The notes beneath the pieces were generated by a model. That model searched no databases, was not told where the DNA came from, and saw only the letters and a list, made by a program, of their open reading frames with translations. From a bacterium (GTDB lineage Bacteria; SAR324; NAC60-12), in the NCBI GenBank assembly GCA_965233585.1, contig CBDDTI010000747.1:704001-768000 (forward strand): DNA of 64,000 nt, read 5' to 3'. The first letter of the stretch is position 1. Each line of letters starts with the position of its first letter. A program made the translations under genes and the position numbers. Of this stretch, positions 28,848 to 38,785 are shown one piece after another.

Positions 28848-29717
28848 TTAGAATATTCGGCTTATTCTACAATAGAATTTATACGTGATAATATTAAGCT
28901 TTACTAGACTAACTATTATTCCTTTGATTGCTCTCCATTTACCAACAGCCCAAGCATCTTCTGGATACCTAGAAACTTGGTATAAAAATGCTTGAACAGG
29001 AGTTCTATTATGATTCCTATGTAGCAGCAGAGGTTTGTTTTTATCATCTCCAAATTCAAGACCACAAAGCAAAGATTCTGAATGAGAAATGGACAATTTT
29101 GATTTATAAGCCATCAAAGAAAAAATAGATTGGTCATGTCTATGCCATCTGAATTCTTCTAGTTCCTGACCTAGTTTTGAACGACTATCTGTAATGATTC
29201 TATAGTCGGAACAGTACTTTAAAAGTTTTTCAATAAATGTAATACTCTCTAAACTTTTTTTATAAAATTGAACGCCTGCTAAAATCACAGGAAAATCATA
29301 GGCTTTTTGTTCATCACAATTCATCAAAATAAAGCTATCTCTTTTACATCTGTCTTTGCATAACACATTGGTATCAAAAAGAATCACATCTTGTTGTAAC
29401 TCATTAAATAAAGAAAAATGAGAATCTATTGGAGCAAGAAATTCTATTCCAGCATCACAGTAAAAAACAATATCTCCATCTTTGATACTAGATTCTTTTA
29501 AAGTTTTATGAATAATATAAGGTTTCCAAAGCCAGTAGCCTGCTCCTCTTCTTTTATTTAAGATTTTTTTATTTGCCTGATAAAAATCTTTATCAATATC
29601 TTTTGCACTGTATTCTATAACACGATCAAAATTTCCTTTTTCTAACGCTGATTTCGTTAGTCTTGCTCTCGCTTCTTTAAAATCATTGTTACAATAATTA
29701 ATTAAAATTTTTTGCAT
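28848..29717 (-). CDS. Putative glycosyltransferase-like protein
   Basis: GYWLWKPYII, FYCDAG and HRHDQS motifs; glycan-operon context. Confidence 0.55.
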   Translation of the reverse strand: MQKILINYCNNDFKEARARLTKSALEKGNFDRVIEYSAKDIDKDFYQANKKILNKRRGAGYWLWKPYIIHKTLKESSIKDGDIVFYCDAGIEFLAPIDSHFSLFNELQQDVILFDTNVLCKDRCKRDSFILMNCDEQKAYDFPVILAGVQFYKKSLESITFIEKLLKYCSDYRIITDSRSKLGQELEEFRWHRHDQSIFSLMAYKSKLSISHSESLLCGLEFGDDKNKPLLLHRNHNRTPVQAFLYQVSRYPEDAWAVGKWRAIKGIIVSLVKLNIITYKFYCRISRIF

Positions 29718-29732
29718 ATACTCCTTACTCTT

Positions 29733-30656
29733 TCAGTAGTTTTGATAAGATTCAATCATGTTCTTCAAACCATCTTTCAATAAAACTTTTGGTTGCCAAG
29801 AAAAGGTTTGTTGTAGTTTTTGATTTGCTCCTTGAAATCCTAGAATATCACCGGGAGTGTATCCTTCATAGAGAACAGGTTTATCAAAACCTGTAATCTC
29901 TTTCATTAAAGAGATTAAGTCTAAAACACTGGTGATGGTGTTGGTGGATAAATTATAGAAACCAGTTTGAGGGTTTTCAGAATGGATGATGGCTTGAATT
30001 GCACTAAAAATATCATCAATGAAAATAAAATCTCTCACTCTCTCACTTGATCCTTTGACCTGAATTTTTTCATAATTTAAAAGATATGAAAGATAAATGC
30101 TGACCATGCCCTGTTTCATTTCTGTTAAATCTTGAGAAGGTCCATAAGCATTAAATAAACGAAGACTGACTACAGGAATTTGATCTTGTGCAGATAACGT
30201 ATGCAAAAGATTTTCAGCTGCAAGTTTGGTGTTTCCATAAAGTGAAATCGGTTTAGGGATCGTATTTTCATCAACAACAGACCGATGAGGTGCTTGCCCA
30301 TAAACGGACATAGAACTGAAGTTGACCATGATTCTTGATTCACATTTTTTGGCAAATTGGTAAGTGAGATAAGACCCTTTCAAATTGGTATCCATGTCAT
30401 AAATGGGGTCATCAAATGACTTTTCTCCTGAAGACTGAGCAGCTGCATGAATGATGACTTCAAAATTCTGTTCCAATCCATCAAAGGCATTTTCGTGGCG
30501 AATGTCCCTTTTTTCCCAGGTGATGCCCTCATCAACATTGCTGGCGTAGCCACTGTGCAAGTTATCTACTCCAAGAATTGTGTGTCCTTCATTCTTGAAG
30601 GCACGTGCAAGTGAGCTACCCACAAAGCCCGCAATTCCCGTAATCAAAATCTTCAT
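29733..30656 (-). CDS. NAD-dependent epimerase/dehydratase
   Basis: TGIAGFVGS, SSMSVYG, YGNTK, RDFIFIDD. Confidence 0.9.
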   Translation of the reverse strand: MKILITGIAGFVGSSLARAFKNEGHTILGVDNLHSGYASNVDEGITWEKRDIRHENAFDGLEQNFEVIIHAAAQSSGEKSFDDPIYDMDTNLKGSYLTYQFAKKCESRIMVNFSSMSVYGQAPHRSVVDENTIPKPISLYGNTKLAAENLLHTLSAQDQIPVVSLRLFNAYGPSQDLTEMKQGMVSIYLSYLLNYEKIQVKGSSERVRDFIFIDDIFSAIQAIIHSENPQTGFYNLSTNTITSVLDLISLMKEITGFDKPVLYEGYTPGDILGFQGANQKLQQTFSWQPKVLLKDGLKNMIESYQNY

Positions 30657-30676
30657 GTCTTTCTAAATTTTAAAAA

Positions 30677-31411
30677 TTAAGAATACCCCCCGTACCTTTT
30701 CAACCACCATTCTACAACTGGAATTTGCCATTCATAATCCACATCGCAACCTGCTTCTTGTTCCAGCGGGAAAATGTGTTGTCCCATCCATTTTTGTGGC
30801 AACATGCCATCTTCCAAGTGGTCTAAACAACGTGAACGCACAACAGAAACTCCCATGTCTGCAAAGAGAACATCACCTTGAGAATCCCTGTCGCAATTTA
30901 AAGTTTTTGGGTCGCCAAATGTCTCAAAAGGTACAAAAGGCTGAAGCAACCCATTTTCGTCACGTTTTCTAGCACGCAATGGAGACCACATATTGTAACG
31001 TGACACAGAAACGGCAGAGTCTATTTTTGGTTTGTCTTTTAAAACTTGGATTCCTTGTTCAATCAAAGAGGCTGTGACTGTTGCAGCATTGCAAAAAAGT
31101 AAAACGATGAAGTCAATGTTTTTGTTGGGATTGCGTCTGCAAATTTCTTGGTAGCCGTGAACGTAGGCATGTTCACCAAGTGCAGTGTTGTTGCAAAGTT
31201 CGTCAGGTCGTTCAATGATTTGCACATCAAGCGACCTTCCAATCTTCATTAATTCAGGGTCATCAGTAGAAAGATAAACTTGGTCAACAGAACTGGCATC
31301 AAGTGCCGCTTTCATGGGGTAGTAGGTCAAAGGCTTGCCTAAAACGGGGTAAGTATTTTTTCCCGGGAATCCTTGAGACCCTTTGCGTCCTAAAAGTAAT
31401 GCAGGAATCAT
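30677..31411 (-). CDS. Acylneuraminate/KDO-type cytidylyltransferase family protein
   Basis: GRKGSQGFPGKN, STDD, IERP, DVDY. Confidence 0.85.
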   Translation of the reverse strand: MIPALLLGRKGSQGFPGKNTYPVLGKPLTYYPMKAALDASSVDQVYLSTDDPELMKIGRSLDVQIIERPDELCNNTALGEHAYVHGYQEICRRNPNKNIDFIVLLFCNAATVTASLIEQGIQVLKDKPKIDSAVSVSRYNMWSPLRARKRDENGLLQPFVPFETFGDPKTLNCDRDSQGDVLFADMGVSVVRSRCLDHLEDGMLPQKWMGQHIFPLEQEAGCDVDYEWQIPVVEWWLKRYGGYS

Positions 31412-31531
31412 AAAAATTGGCGGTTTTTAAATTTGATTTTGCAAAAAGAACAGTTCCTTTGAAGAAAAGAAAAACACCAAGCTAGCAAAAGCCAAAACAA
31501 GTCATTTCAATCTCATTGACTTAAGAAGGGT

Positions 31532-31601
31532 GGCAGTTTGGTGTTTCAGGAGGAATCTAGCAGAGCACCAAACTGCCTTGACTTTTGTCTTCTCTGCTAG
31601 A
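31532..31601. repeat. Two interleaved perfect inverted repeats (12 bp and 10 bp)
   Basis: GGCAGTTTGGTG (31532-31543) pairs with CACCAAACTGCC (31566-31577); TCTAGCAGAG (31556-31565) pairs with CTCTGCTAGA (31592-31601). Confidence 0.8.
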
Positions 31602-31687
31602 CCTATAGAATTTTAAAAAAACAAAGCAATCCAAGTGAGAGATTATTACACAAACTTGGTTCGTTCTTCAATAAACTTTTTTAAAAT

Positions 31688-32704
31688 TCAGGTAGCTGGC
31701 ACTGATTTGGTAGAATTTGACAGAATTTTTAAAATATGTTGCATGACAAACTCTGGTGTCATGTCCCTCAAACAGTTGGTATGCCCAAAGCGACAGGCAC
31801 GAGCAAAGCAAGGACTACAAGGCATTTGAAGGGTTAAAACATGAGCGGCTTGGCTCAATGGTGCTGTCCATACTGGAGAAGTAGAGCCAAAAAGAGCAAT
31901 TTGTGGTCTGCCTAAAGTTGCCATGAGGTGCATCACACCAGAATCATTGCTGATCAATAATTGAGACTGAAAGCAAAGAGCGACAAGTTGAGGTAAATTG
32001 GTTTGACCACAAAGATTATGCACCCGAGAGTCTCCTGCACGAATGACTTCCCCTTGATCGTAGTCTTTTGTTGTGCCAACCAAAATAATGTCATGCGATG
32101 TCTGTTGAAGCAGATGTTTGACCAGTTTGGCGAAGTGCATCCATTCTTTTGCTGGTCCATACAATGCCCCTGCTGCAATCATTAAAAATGACTTTGGCAG
32201 TGAATATGAAAGGGATTGAAGTTGTTGCTGAATCCACTCGGGAGTGATTGACAGACAAGGTTTCAGTTCAGAACGTTTCATTTTTTTGCCAAGAAGGCAA
32301 GCATATTCTTCTACTAAATGACGGGTTCTTGGTTGCCAAGGTAAAGTCACTGCAGGCGACAAAAGCCAGCGACGCCCCTGCTCTTTTAGACCAAAACGTT
32401 CTGGAATACCTGCACAGAATGCCATCAAAGCAGATGAAAAACTAGGCGGTAAAATGTAAATTCGGTCGTATTTTTTGGAACGCAAAGACCAGCCAAAACG
32501 TCCTGCTGAAGTTGCCTGACTTGAAAAAGTTAGAATGTCTCCTCGTTTGGGAAGAGGAAGCCCCTCAAAACCCTGACGCACTATCAAATCTACTTGCGCA
32601 TGCGGAAATTCTTTTAAGACAAGTTGAATGAATGCCGTCGCCATCATCAAATCACCAAGCCAATTAGGGGTGCGAATCAGGATTTTATCAGGTTGGGACT
32701 GCAT
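31688..32704 (-). CDS. waaF: Lipopolysaccharide heptosyltransferase II (GT9)
   Basis: PNWLGDLMM, YGPAKEW, SNDSGVMH, LFGST, CSPC. Confidence 0.88.
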   Translation of the reverse strand: MQSQPDKILIRTPNWLGDLMMATAFIQLVLKEFPHAQVDLIVRQGFEGLPLPKRGDILTFSSQATSAGRFGWSLRSKKYDRIYILPPSFSSALMAFCAGIPERFGLKEQGRRWLLSPAVTLPWQPRTRHLVEEYACLLGKKMKRSELKPCLSITPEWIQQQLQSLSYSLPKSFLMIAAGALYGPAKEWMHFAKLVKHLLQQTSHDIILVGTTKDYDQGEVIRAGDSRVHNLCGQTNLPQLVALCFQSQLLISNDSGVMHLMATLGRPQIALFGSTSPVWTAPLSQAAHVLTLQMPCSPCFARACRFGHTNCLRDMTPEFVMQHILKILSNSTKSVPAT

Positions 32705-32773
32705 TGTGACTGAATCCTTTTTGACATGGCAACCTAGCTATTCTTTTTAAAAAAATTTGATGCCTCATGCCTG

Positions 32774-32804
32774 AAAAAAGCTAGCATAATCCTTTGGCTA
32801 GCTT
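32774..32804 (-). terminator. Probable intrinsic terminator after glpK
   Basis: AAGCTAGC...GCTAGCTT hairpin followed by a U-tract on the minus strand. Confidence 0.55.
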
Positions 32805-34302
32805 ACTCATCTGCCCAGATTTGCGAGCATTTGATGGCTTTTTTCCAACCTGCCAGACTTTGTTGCCTTTGGTCTTGTGTGTAAGTGGGGACAAACTTCC
32901 GATCAATGTCTGTATTGCTCATCAATTCATCAGTGTTTTTCCAATATCCAACAGCTAGCCCCGCCAAATAAGCAGCACCCAGTGCTGTTTGTTCTGTCAA
33001 CTTTGGACGAAGCACCTCCACATTTAAAATATCAGCTTGAAATTGCATCAGAAAGTTATTGGCAACCGCACCGCCATCAACTTTTAGCGAATCAAGTGAA
33101 ATTCCAGAATCTCTTTGCATAGACTCTAAAATGTCAAAGTTTTGATAAGCAATGCTTTCCAAAGTGGCACGAATCAGGTGTTTGAAGTTGGTATCACGGT
33201 TTAAACCAACAATCATGCCTCTTGCATGAGGATTCCAATAAGGCGCACCCAGACCCGTGAAGGCAGGCACGACATAAGTGCCATGAGAAGACTCCACTTG
33301 AGTTGCAAAATATTCAGAATCCTTTGCAGAATCAAGCCATTTGATTTCATCACGCAACCACTGAATCGCGGCACCTCCAATGAAAACAGAACCTTCCAAA
33401 GCATAGGCAGGGTCTCCCTTAGCTCCACAAGCAAGGGTTGTTAATAAACCACCATGAGAAGTGATTTTGTCTTGACCTGTGTTCATCAAAAGAAAACAAC
33501 CTGTGCCGTAAGTGTTTTTTGCTTGCCCTTTTTGTGTGCAAAGATGCCCAAACAATGCCGCTTGTTGGTCGCCTGCAATGCCTGCAATGGGAACTTTAAC
33601 CCCGCTTTCATCTATTGCAACTTGGCAATATTCTGTGGAAGATGCTTTGACCTCTGGCATCATGGAAAGTGGAATGTCTAAGGCGTCAAGTAGTTTTTCG
33701 TCCCACTCTAAGGTGTTGATATTAAACAACATGGTTCTTGAGGCGTTGGTGTAATCCATGACGTGCGTTTGCCTGTCAGACAAATTCCAAATGAGCCAGC
33801 TGTCTACTGTGCCAAAAAGCAAATCATCAATGTTCAGGTTTGGAGTATGGTCTAAAATCCACCTGATTTTTGTGCCAGAAAAATAAGGGTCAATCACTAA
33901 GCCTGTCTGTTCTTTGACGTATTTTTCCAGCCCTGCTTGTTTCAGTTTTTGACAAATAGGGGCAGTTCTACGGCACTGCCAAACAATAGCATGATAAACA
34001 GGCTTTCCAGTGTTCTTGTTCCAAACGATGGTCGTTTCACGTTGATTCGTGATGCCAATGGCGGCAATTTGACTGGCTTGCAAATTTGCTTTTTGCAGTG
34101 CATCTTCCAAAGTCGCTTTTTGAGAAGCATAGATTTCCAGCGGGTCATGTTCTACCCAGCCCTCTTGGGGATAAAATTGTGTTAATTCCTTTTGGGAGAA
34201 GCTCACAACTTGAGAAGCATGGTCAAAAATGATGGCTCTGGAACTTGTCGTCCCTTGATCAAGTGCAAGAATGTATTGGGATTGATTTGTCATATATTTC
34301 AA
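32803..34302 (-). CDS. glpK: Glycerol kinase
   Basis: [35 protein letters not shown]. Confidence 0.96.
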   Translation of the reverse strand: MKYMTNQSQYILALDQGTTSSRAIIFDHASQVVSFSQKELTQFYPQEGWVEHDPLEIYASQKATLEDALQKANLQASQIAAIGITNQRETTIVWNKNTGKPVYHAIVWQCRRTAPICQKLKQAGLEKYVKEQTGLVIDPYFSGTKIRWILDHTPNLNIDDLLFGTVDSWLIWNLSDRQTHVMDYTNASRTMLFNINTLEWDEKLLDALDIPLSMMPEVKASSTEYCQVAIDESGVKVPIAGIAGDQQAALFGHLCTQKGQAKNTYGTGCFLLMNTGQDKITSHGGLLTTLACGAKGDPAYALEGSVFIGGAAIQWLRDEIKWLDSAKDSEYFATQVESSHGTYVVPAFTGLGAPYWNPHARGMIVGLNRDTNFKHLIRATLESIAYQNFDILESMQRDSGISLDSLKVDGGAVANNFLMQFQADILNVEVLRPKLTEQTALGAAYLAGLAVGYWKNTDELMSNTDIDRKFVPTYTQDQRQQSLAGWKKAIKCSQIWADE

Positions 34303-34635
34303 AAACTAAAGAAGTGATTTCAAAAAATAAATGATCTGCAAGAATAAAAACAACTAAATCCATGTCAATTTTGAAAGCAACAGGTGACCAGTTGCAACCA
34401 AACTATCAAGACAGGGTACTCTTTTGAAAATTGAAACAATAAAGCATACCAGTCATGGTTGACCTTGACCAGCAATCTCTCTTGTTCTGCTTTCACTCCT
34501 TGAAAGAGATGCTTGCGTCAGTCAGTTGAGTGTTGAATTTGATTTTTTATTGCTATTTTTGAGCTTTATAAGTAACATAAGTCGTTTTTTCTCTGCAAAC
34601 AATTTATCTCATCATTCTTTCAAAAAGAGGTTCTT

Positions 34636-36117
34636 ATGACATTCAAAAAAGTATTTGTCGTCGTGTGTGTTCCATTGCTTTTGGCAGCTTGTAATCCTTC
34701 CAAAGATTCAGAAGAGGCAAAAGAAAAGCTGGCAAGTGTCAGTTGCAAGATTCAAAGTTCCACAACACAAGTGAACAAAGGGAGTCAAATCACTGCAAAC
34801 CTGAATTGTGATTTGAAAGATGTCGCTGAAGATTTGAGTTTGAGCTTGAAGTATGACCCTAGCCTCATCAATCTCTCTGCTTCAGGACAGACTCAAAGCC
34901 AAGCAGGTTCTCTCACAATCGCATTGCCAAAAAATGACGCTTTCCAAAGTACTTTGAACATTCGTGGTCTGAAGGCAGGCAAGGGCAAAGTAGATCTCAA
35001 TGTAGGAGACATCAGCCAAAAATGGAGCTTTGAAGTGGTGTTACCTACAATAGATTTTAGCAAGATTACAAACAGAGTGCCTTTTCATACAAGTCATAGC
35101 ATCAAATCAGACGGGAGTCTTTGGGCTTGGGGACGGAATAATAAGGGACAGCTTGGTGATGGCACTACGACCGACAGACTTTCTCCTACCAAAATTGGAT
35201 CTGACCAATGGAAGTTTGTCTTTGGAGGATTAAATGGATCCACATTAGCGATACAAGTTGATGACACACTTTGGGCTTGGGGACAGAATAATTTTGGACA
35301 GCTTGGCGACGGCACCAAGACTAACAGACCTTCTCCTATCAAAATTGGCTCTGACCTATGGAAAATCGTCTCTTCAGGAATAAATCACTCTTTGGGCTTG
35401 AAACCAGATGGGAGTCTTTGGGCTTGGGGTGATAATAGTAAGGGACAGCTTGGAGATGGTACCACGACCGGCAGACTTTCTCCTGTCAAAATTGGTTCTG
35501 ACCAATGGAAAATCGTATCTACTGGAGATCGCTATACACTAGCGATACAAGCAGACGGAAGTCTTTGGGCTTGGGGACGGAATCATATGGGACAGCTTGG
35601 TGATGGCACCACGACCGAAAGACTTTCTCCTGTCAAAATTGGTTCTGATACTGATTGGGATTCAGTGTATGGTGGAGCTATGTCATTTACATTAGCATTA
35701 AAATCAGACGGGAGTCTTTGGGCTTGGGGACGGAATCATGTGGGACAGCTTGGTGATGGCACCAAGACCGATAGGCTTTCTCCGGTCAAAATTGGTTCTG
35801 ACCAATGGAAAATGGTCTCTACTGGAGGAAATAGTCTGGACGGTGTTAGGCATTCTCTAGGGATCAAAAAAGATGGGACATTGTGGGCTTGGGGAGAGAA
35901 TGATTATGGGCAGCTTGGTGATGGCACCACGACCGATAGGCTTTCTCCTGTGAAGATTGGTTCTGATACTGATTGGGACTTGGTGTATGGTGGAGGAGGA
36001 CACAGTATTGGAGTCAAGACAAATGGAGAAATCTACTCTTGGGGTGATAATTTTTTTGGACAGCTTGGCGATGGCACCAAGACTAGTAGAAATGCCCCTG
36101 CGAAGATTAGTTTTTAG
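34636..36117 (+). CDS. Lipoprotein with an RCC1-repeat beta-propeller
   Basis: Lipobox LAAC; about seven DGSLWAWGxNxxGQLGDGT repeats. Confidence 0.9.
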   Translation: MTFKKVFVVVCVPLLLAACNPSKDSEEAKEKLASVSCKIQSSTTQVNKGSQITANLNCDLKDVAEDLSLSLKYDPSLINLSASGQTQSQAGSLTIALPKNDAFQSTLNIRGLKAGKGKVDLNVGDISQKWSFEVVLPTIDFSKITNRVPFHTSHSIKSDGSLWAWGRNNKGQLGDGTTTDRLSPTKIGSDQWKFVFGGLNGSTLAIQVDDTLWAWGQNNFGQLGDGTKTNRPSPIKIGSDLWKIVSSGINHSLGLKPDGSLWAWGDNSKGQLGDGTTTGRLSPVKIGSDQWKIVSTGDRYTLAIQADGSLWAWGRNHMGQLGDGTTTERLSPVKIGSDTDWDSVYGGAMSFTLALKSDGSLWAWGRNHVGQLGDGTKTDRLSPVKIGSDQWKMVSTGGNSLDGVRHSLGIKKDGTLWAWGENDYGQLGDGTTTDRLSPVKIGSDTDWDLVYGGGGHSIGVKTNGEIYSWGDNFFGQLGDGTKTSRNAPAKISF

Positions 36118-36148
36118 AACGAAACAAGCCTTGTGCATTTTTTCAAAT

Positions 36149-37900
36149 TTACACATCAAACGAATGAATCAAAAGTTCATGACGGTAGTGGTCAAAAAGT
36201 GTAGATTTGGAAAGCATGCCAAGGAATTTAGAATTTTCTACAACGGGTAACGCCCACTCTTTAGAGGTTTCAAAAATCTGGATGGCTTGGGGAACAGGAG
36301 CAGACGGGTCAATGGTAGGCAATTCCCTTGCTACTGCGCCCATGTTGACCAGCTGATAAAGCTCACGATGGAAAAGATAGGGGCGAATGTCATCTAAAAA
36401 CACCACCCCCACACAACGTTGGTCTTCATCAAGCGTTGGGAAGAGATTGCGATGAGCATTCTTAAAGACTTCCAAAAACTCTTCAAGCAACATAGAATCA
36501 CGAACCACCAAGCAATCTTTGTCCAAAATGTCTCTGATGTTCAACTGATGCAAGACGTAGGCATCACTGCCCGGTCGTGCCAGCTTGCCACGTTCTATCA
36601 ACTCACGTGTATAAACAGACCCCACCTCTAAGGCGTAATTGACCAACATGGCACTGCTAGAAGTCAACATTAAAGGCAAAATCAACGAATATCCACGTGT
36701 AATTTCCATAATCAAAAAGATGCCTGTCAAAGGTCCGTGCATGACGCCACTTAGCATGCCCGTCATACCTGTCAAAGCAAACGCAGAAGGTGCGGCAAAC
36801 TCACCAAAAGGTAGGTAATGCAGTGCTAAGCCAAACGCCATACCTAAAGAACTCCCTAAAATCAAGCTGGGTGCAAAGACTCCACCGACTCCGCCTGTTC
36901 CTAATGTCAAGCAACAAGCCAGAACTTTGAGAGCTAAGAAAATCAACACAAAGGATAAATCAGGTAAATGCTCACCAGTTAAAAAAGATTGTGTTGTAGA
37001 GTAGCTTTCTGCCAAGATTTCAGGTTGAAAGTATCCGATGATGCCCACGCCCAATCCTCCCAAACCTGCCTTGAGCCAAAAAGGGACTTTCCACTTGCCA
37101 AAGTAGGATTCACTCCATGTCAACAACCACTTGAACCAAACAGATGCCAAACCTGTCAAAATTCCAAGAGCAATACATGCCAACAAACTTGTCAAAGAAA
37201 ACCCCATCAATTCTTGTTGAAACACGAGTTTATCACCTAACAAGAGTCGGCTGATTTGAGTCGCTGTGACGGCAGCAACGATGATGGGTAGGATTGTCAT
37301 CATAGACCATTCTTGCAACACAATTTCCAAAGTGAAGACAATCCCAGTTAAAGGTGCATTGAAGATTCCAGCCACTGCAGCCGCAGAACCATAGCCTATC
37401 AACAGCTTTTTACGGCGTTCGCTTAAATGCAAATATTTACCGATGGCTGCACCCCATGCACCACCAATGCAAACGATTGGACCTTCCAAACCTGCAGAAC
37501 CCCCTGAACCCACCGTCAGCAAACTCCCTATGAACCTTGAACGCACCATGCCTTTTGCTATTTTTCCCTCACCAAGCGTGACACTTTGAATCACTTCAGG
37601 CACTCCATGACCCCCTTGGTCGTTAATCCACCTCACAAATAACACCGCAAGAATGGCACCCATTGCAGGAAAAAAGACCGTCCAAACCGACTGTCCATAA
37701 CTTCCTAAAAAGTTTTGAATCCAGTGTACAGAACCATTTAGAACGACAGCCAGCACTCCACACCCCACCCCAACAATAGCGGCACACAGCATCATAAATG
37801 CGGCATCTTTGGCAGGAACATTGCGAAAACGGACAAGACGGTCTGTCTTGGCATCAAATTCAGAAAGACTTGAAATTAATTTGGAGACTAATTTTTTCAC
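36149..37900 (-). CDS. ClC-family chloride channel/antiporter with CBS domains
   Basis: GHGVPE, GLEGP, FNAPL, GVFAP, C-terminal CBS pair. Confidence 0.92.
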   Translation of the reverse strand: MKKLVSKLISSLSEFDAKTDRLVRFRNVPAKDAAFMMLCAAIVGVGCGVLAVVLNGSVHWIQNFLGSYGQSVWTVFFPAMGAILAVLFVRWINDQGGHGVPEVIQSVTLGEGKIAKGMVRSRFIGSLLTVGSGGSAGLEGPIVCIGGAWGAAIGKYLHLSERRKKLLIGYGSAAAVAGIFNAPLTGIVFTLEIVLQEWSMMTILPIIVAAVTATQISRLLLGDKLVFQQELMGFSLTSLLACIALGILTGLASVWFKWLLTWSESYFGKWKVPFWLKAGLGGLGVGIIGYFQPEILAESYSTTQSFLTGEHLPDLSFVLIFLALKVLACCLTLGTGGVGGVFAPSLILGSSLGMAFGLALHYLPFGEFAAPSAFALTGMTGMLSGVMHGPLTGIFLIMEITRGYSLILPLMLTSSSAMLVNYALEVGSVYTRELIERGKLARPGSDAYVLHQLNIRDILDKDCLVVRDSMLLEEFLEVFKNAHRNLFPTLDEDQRCVGVVFLDDIRPYLFHRELYQLVNMGAVARELPTIDPSAPVPQAIQIFETSKEWALPVVENSKFLGMLSKSTLFDHYRHELLIHSFDV

Positions 37901-37903
37901 GGC

Positions 37904-38785
37904 TTACTGAAAATGAAGGGTCAACCTGTCATTTTGCCAAAACGTTTGAGACACTTGAGGAATTTGAGAAGTGTTGGCAAAAGGTAAAGGAATTTGAAGT
38001 TTATCCAAAGGAGAATCTTTGGAATCCACATTTTGGAAAAAAAGCAACAACTGGTCTTCTTCATTTTTCAAGAGAGGCGTCAGAGCCAGTGCTTGACTTT
38101 GTTTTTTGTTTTGAATGATGAGACCTGCTTTTCCCGACTGTTCGTTAGGTGAAATGTCTAGCCTCCAATCAGGATTCCATTTTTGCAAGATCAAATTAAG
38201 TGAATCTTCGTGGATTGAAAAAATGGTTTGTTGTTGAGTTTGAGACTCCCATTTGTCATCATTCAAGCGAATCTGTACCAATTTTTTTTGAAAAGAGACA
38301 TCAAACTTGTTCACTGTCCAGCCATATTCATTTTTTATTTTTTCTTGGTCGTCCCAAATGACTAATTGACGGAAAAATTCTTCAAAAACAGGGACAAACG
38401 TCTCTTCTAGTTCTGGTTGTTTTTCTATTTTGAGCTGTTGAAGTTTGGGATTCTGGAAGCGAAGTTGATTTTCCTTGAACACCAAAGAAAAATTTACCTT
38501 AAAATCCCCTGTAATATCCACAATCAAAAGTTTTTGTTCAGGGTCTAAAAAACGTTTAAACCAGAATTTTGCCTTCAGTTGAGCTTGTTCTTCTAAAAAC
38601 GAAACACGGGGTTCAGAAAATCCATACAAATTCACAGGGTTTTCGGATAGATTCTGCCCTTGAAATGATGAGCTAAGATGCTGTTGAGCAAAGGATTCAG
38701 TCAATGAAATGAAGAACTTGGGAGATTGTGCAAAGATGACTGATGAACTGATTAATAAAAGAAGTGTAGATTTAATTTTGAGCAT
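37904..38785 (-). CDS. Hypothetical exported protein
   Basis: 293-aa ORF with signal peptide, in operon spacing. Confidence 0.6.
   Translation of the reverse strand: MLKIKSTLLLLISSSVIFAQSPKFFISLTESFAQQHLSSSFQGQNLSENPVNLYGFSEPRVSFLEEQAQLKAKFWFKRFLDPEQKLLIVDITGDFKVNFSLVFKENQLRFQNPKLQQLKIEKQPELEETFVPVFEEFFRQLVIWDDQEKIKNEYGWTVNKFDVSFQKKLVQIRLNDDKWESQTQQQTIFSIHEDSLNLILQKWNPDWRLDISPNEQSGKAGLIIQNKKQSQALALTPLLKNEEDQLLLFFQNVDSKDSPLDKLQIPLPFANTSQIPQVSQTFWQNDRLTLHFQ

Noticed and set aside
22995..31411. Glycan cluster as an island integrated at tRNA-Pro
   Set aside because: The cluster lies on the 5' side of the tRNA; no duplicated tRNA 3' end or adjacent integrase was seen
31532..31543. RfaH ops/JUMPstart element
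   Set aside because: GGCAGTTTGGTG does not match the GGCGGTAG core
36149..37900. ClC as a fluoride-specific exporter
   Set aside because: It has GHGVPE/GLEGP rather than the CLC-F signatures, and no fluoride riboswitch was recognised
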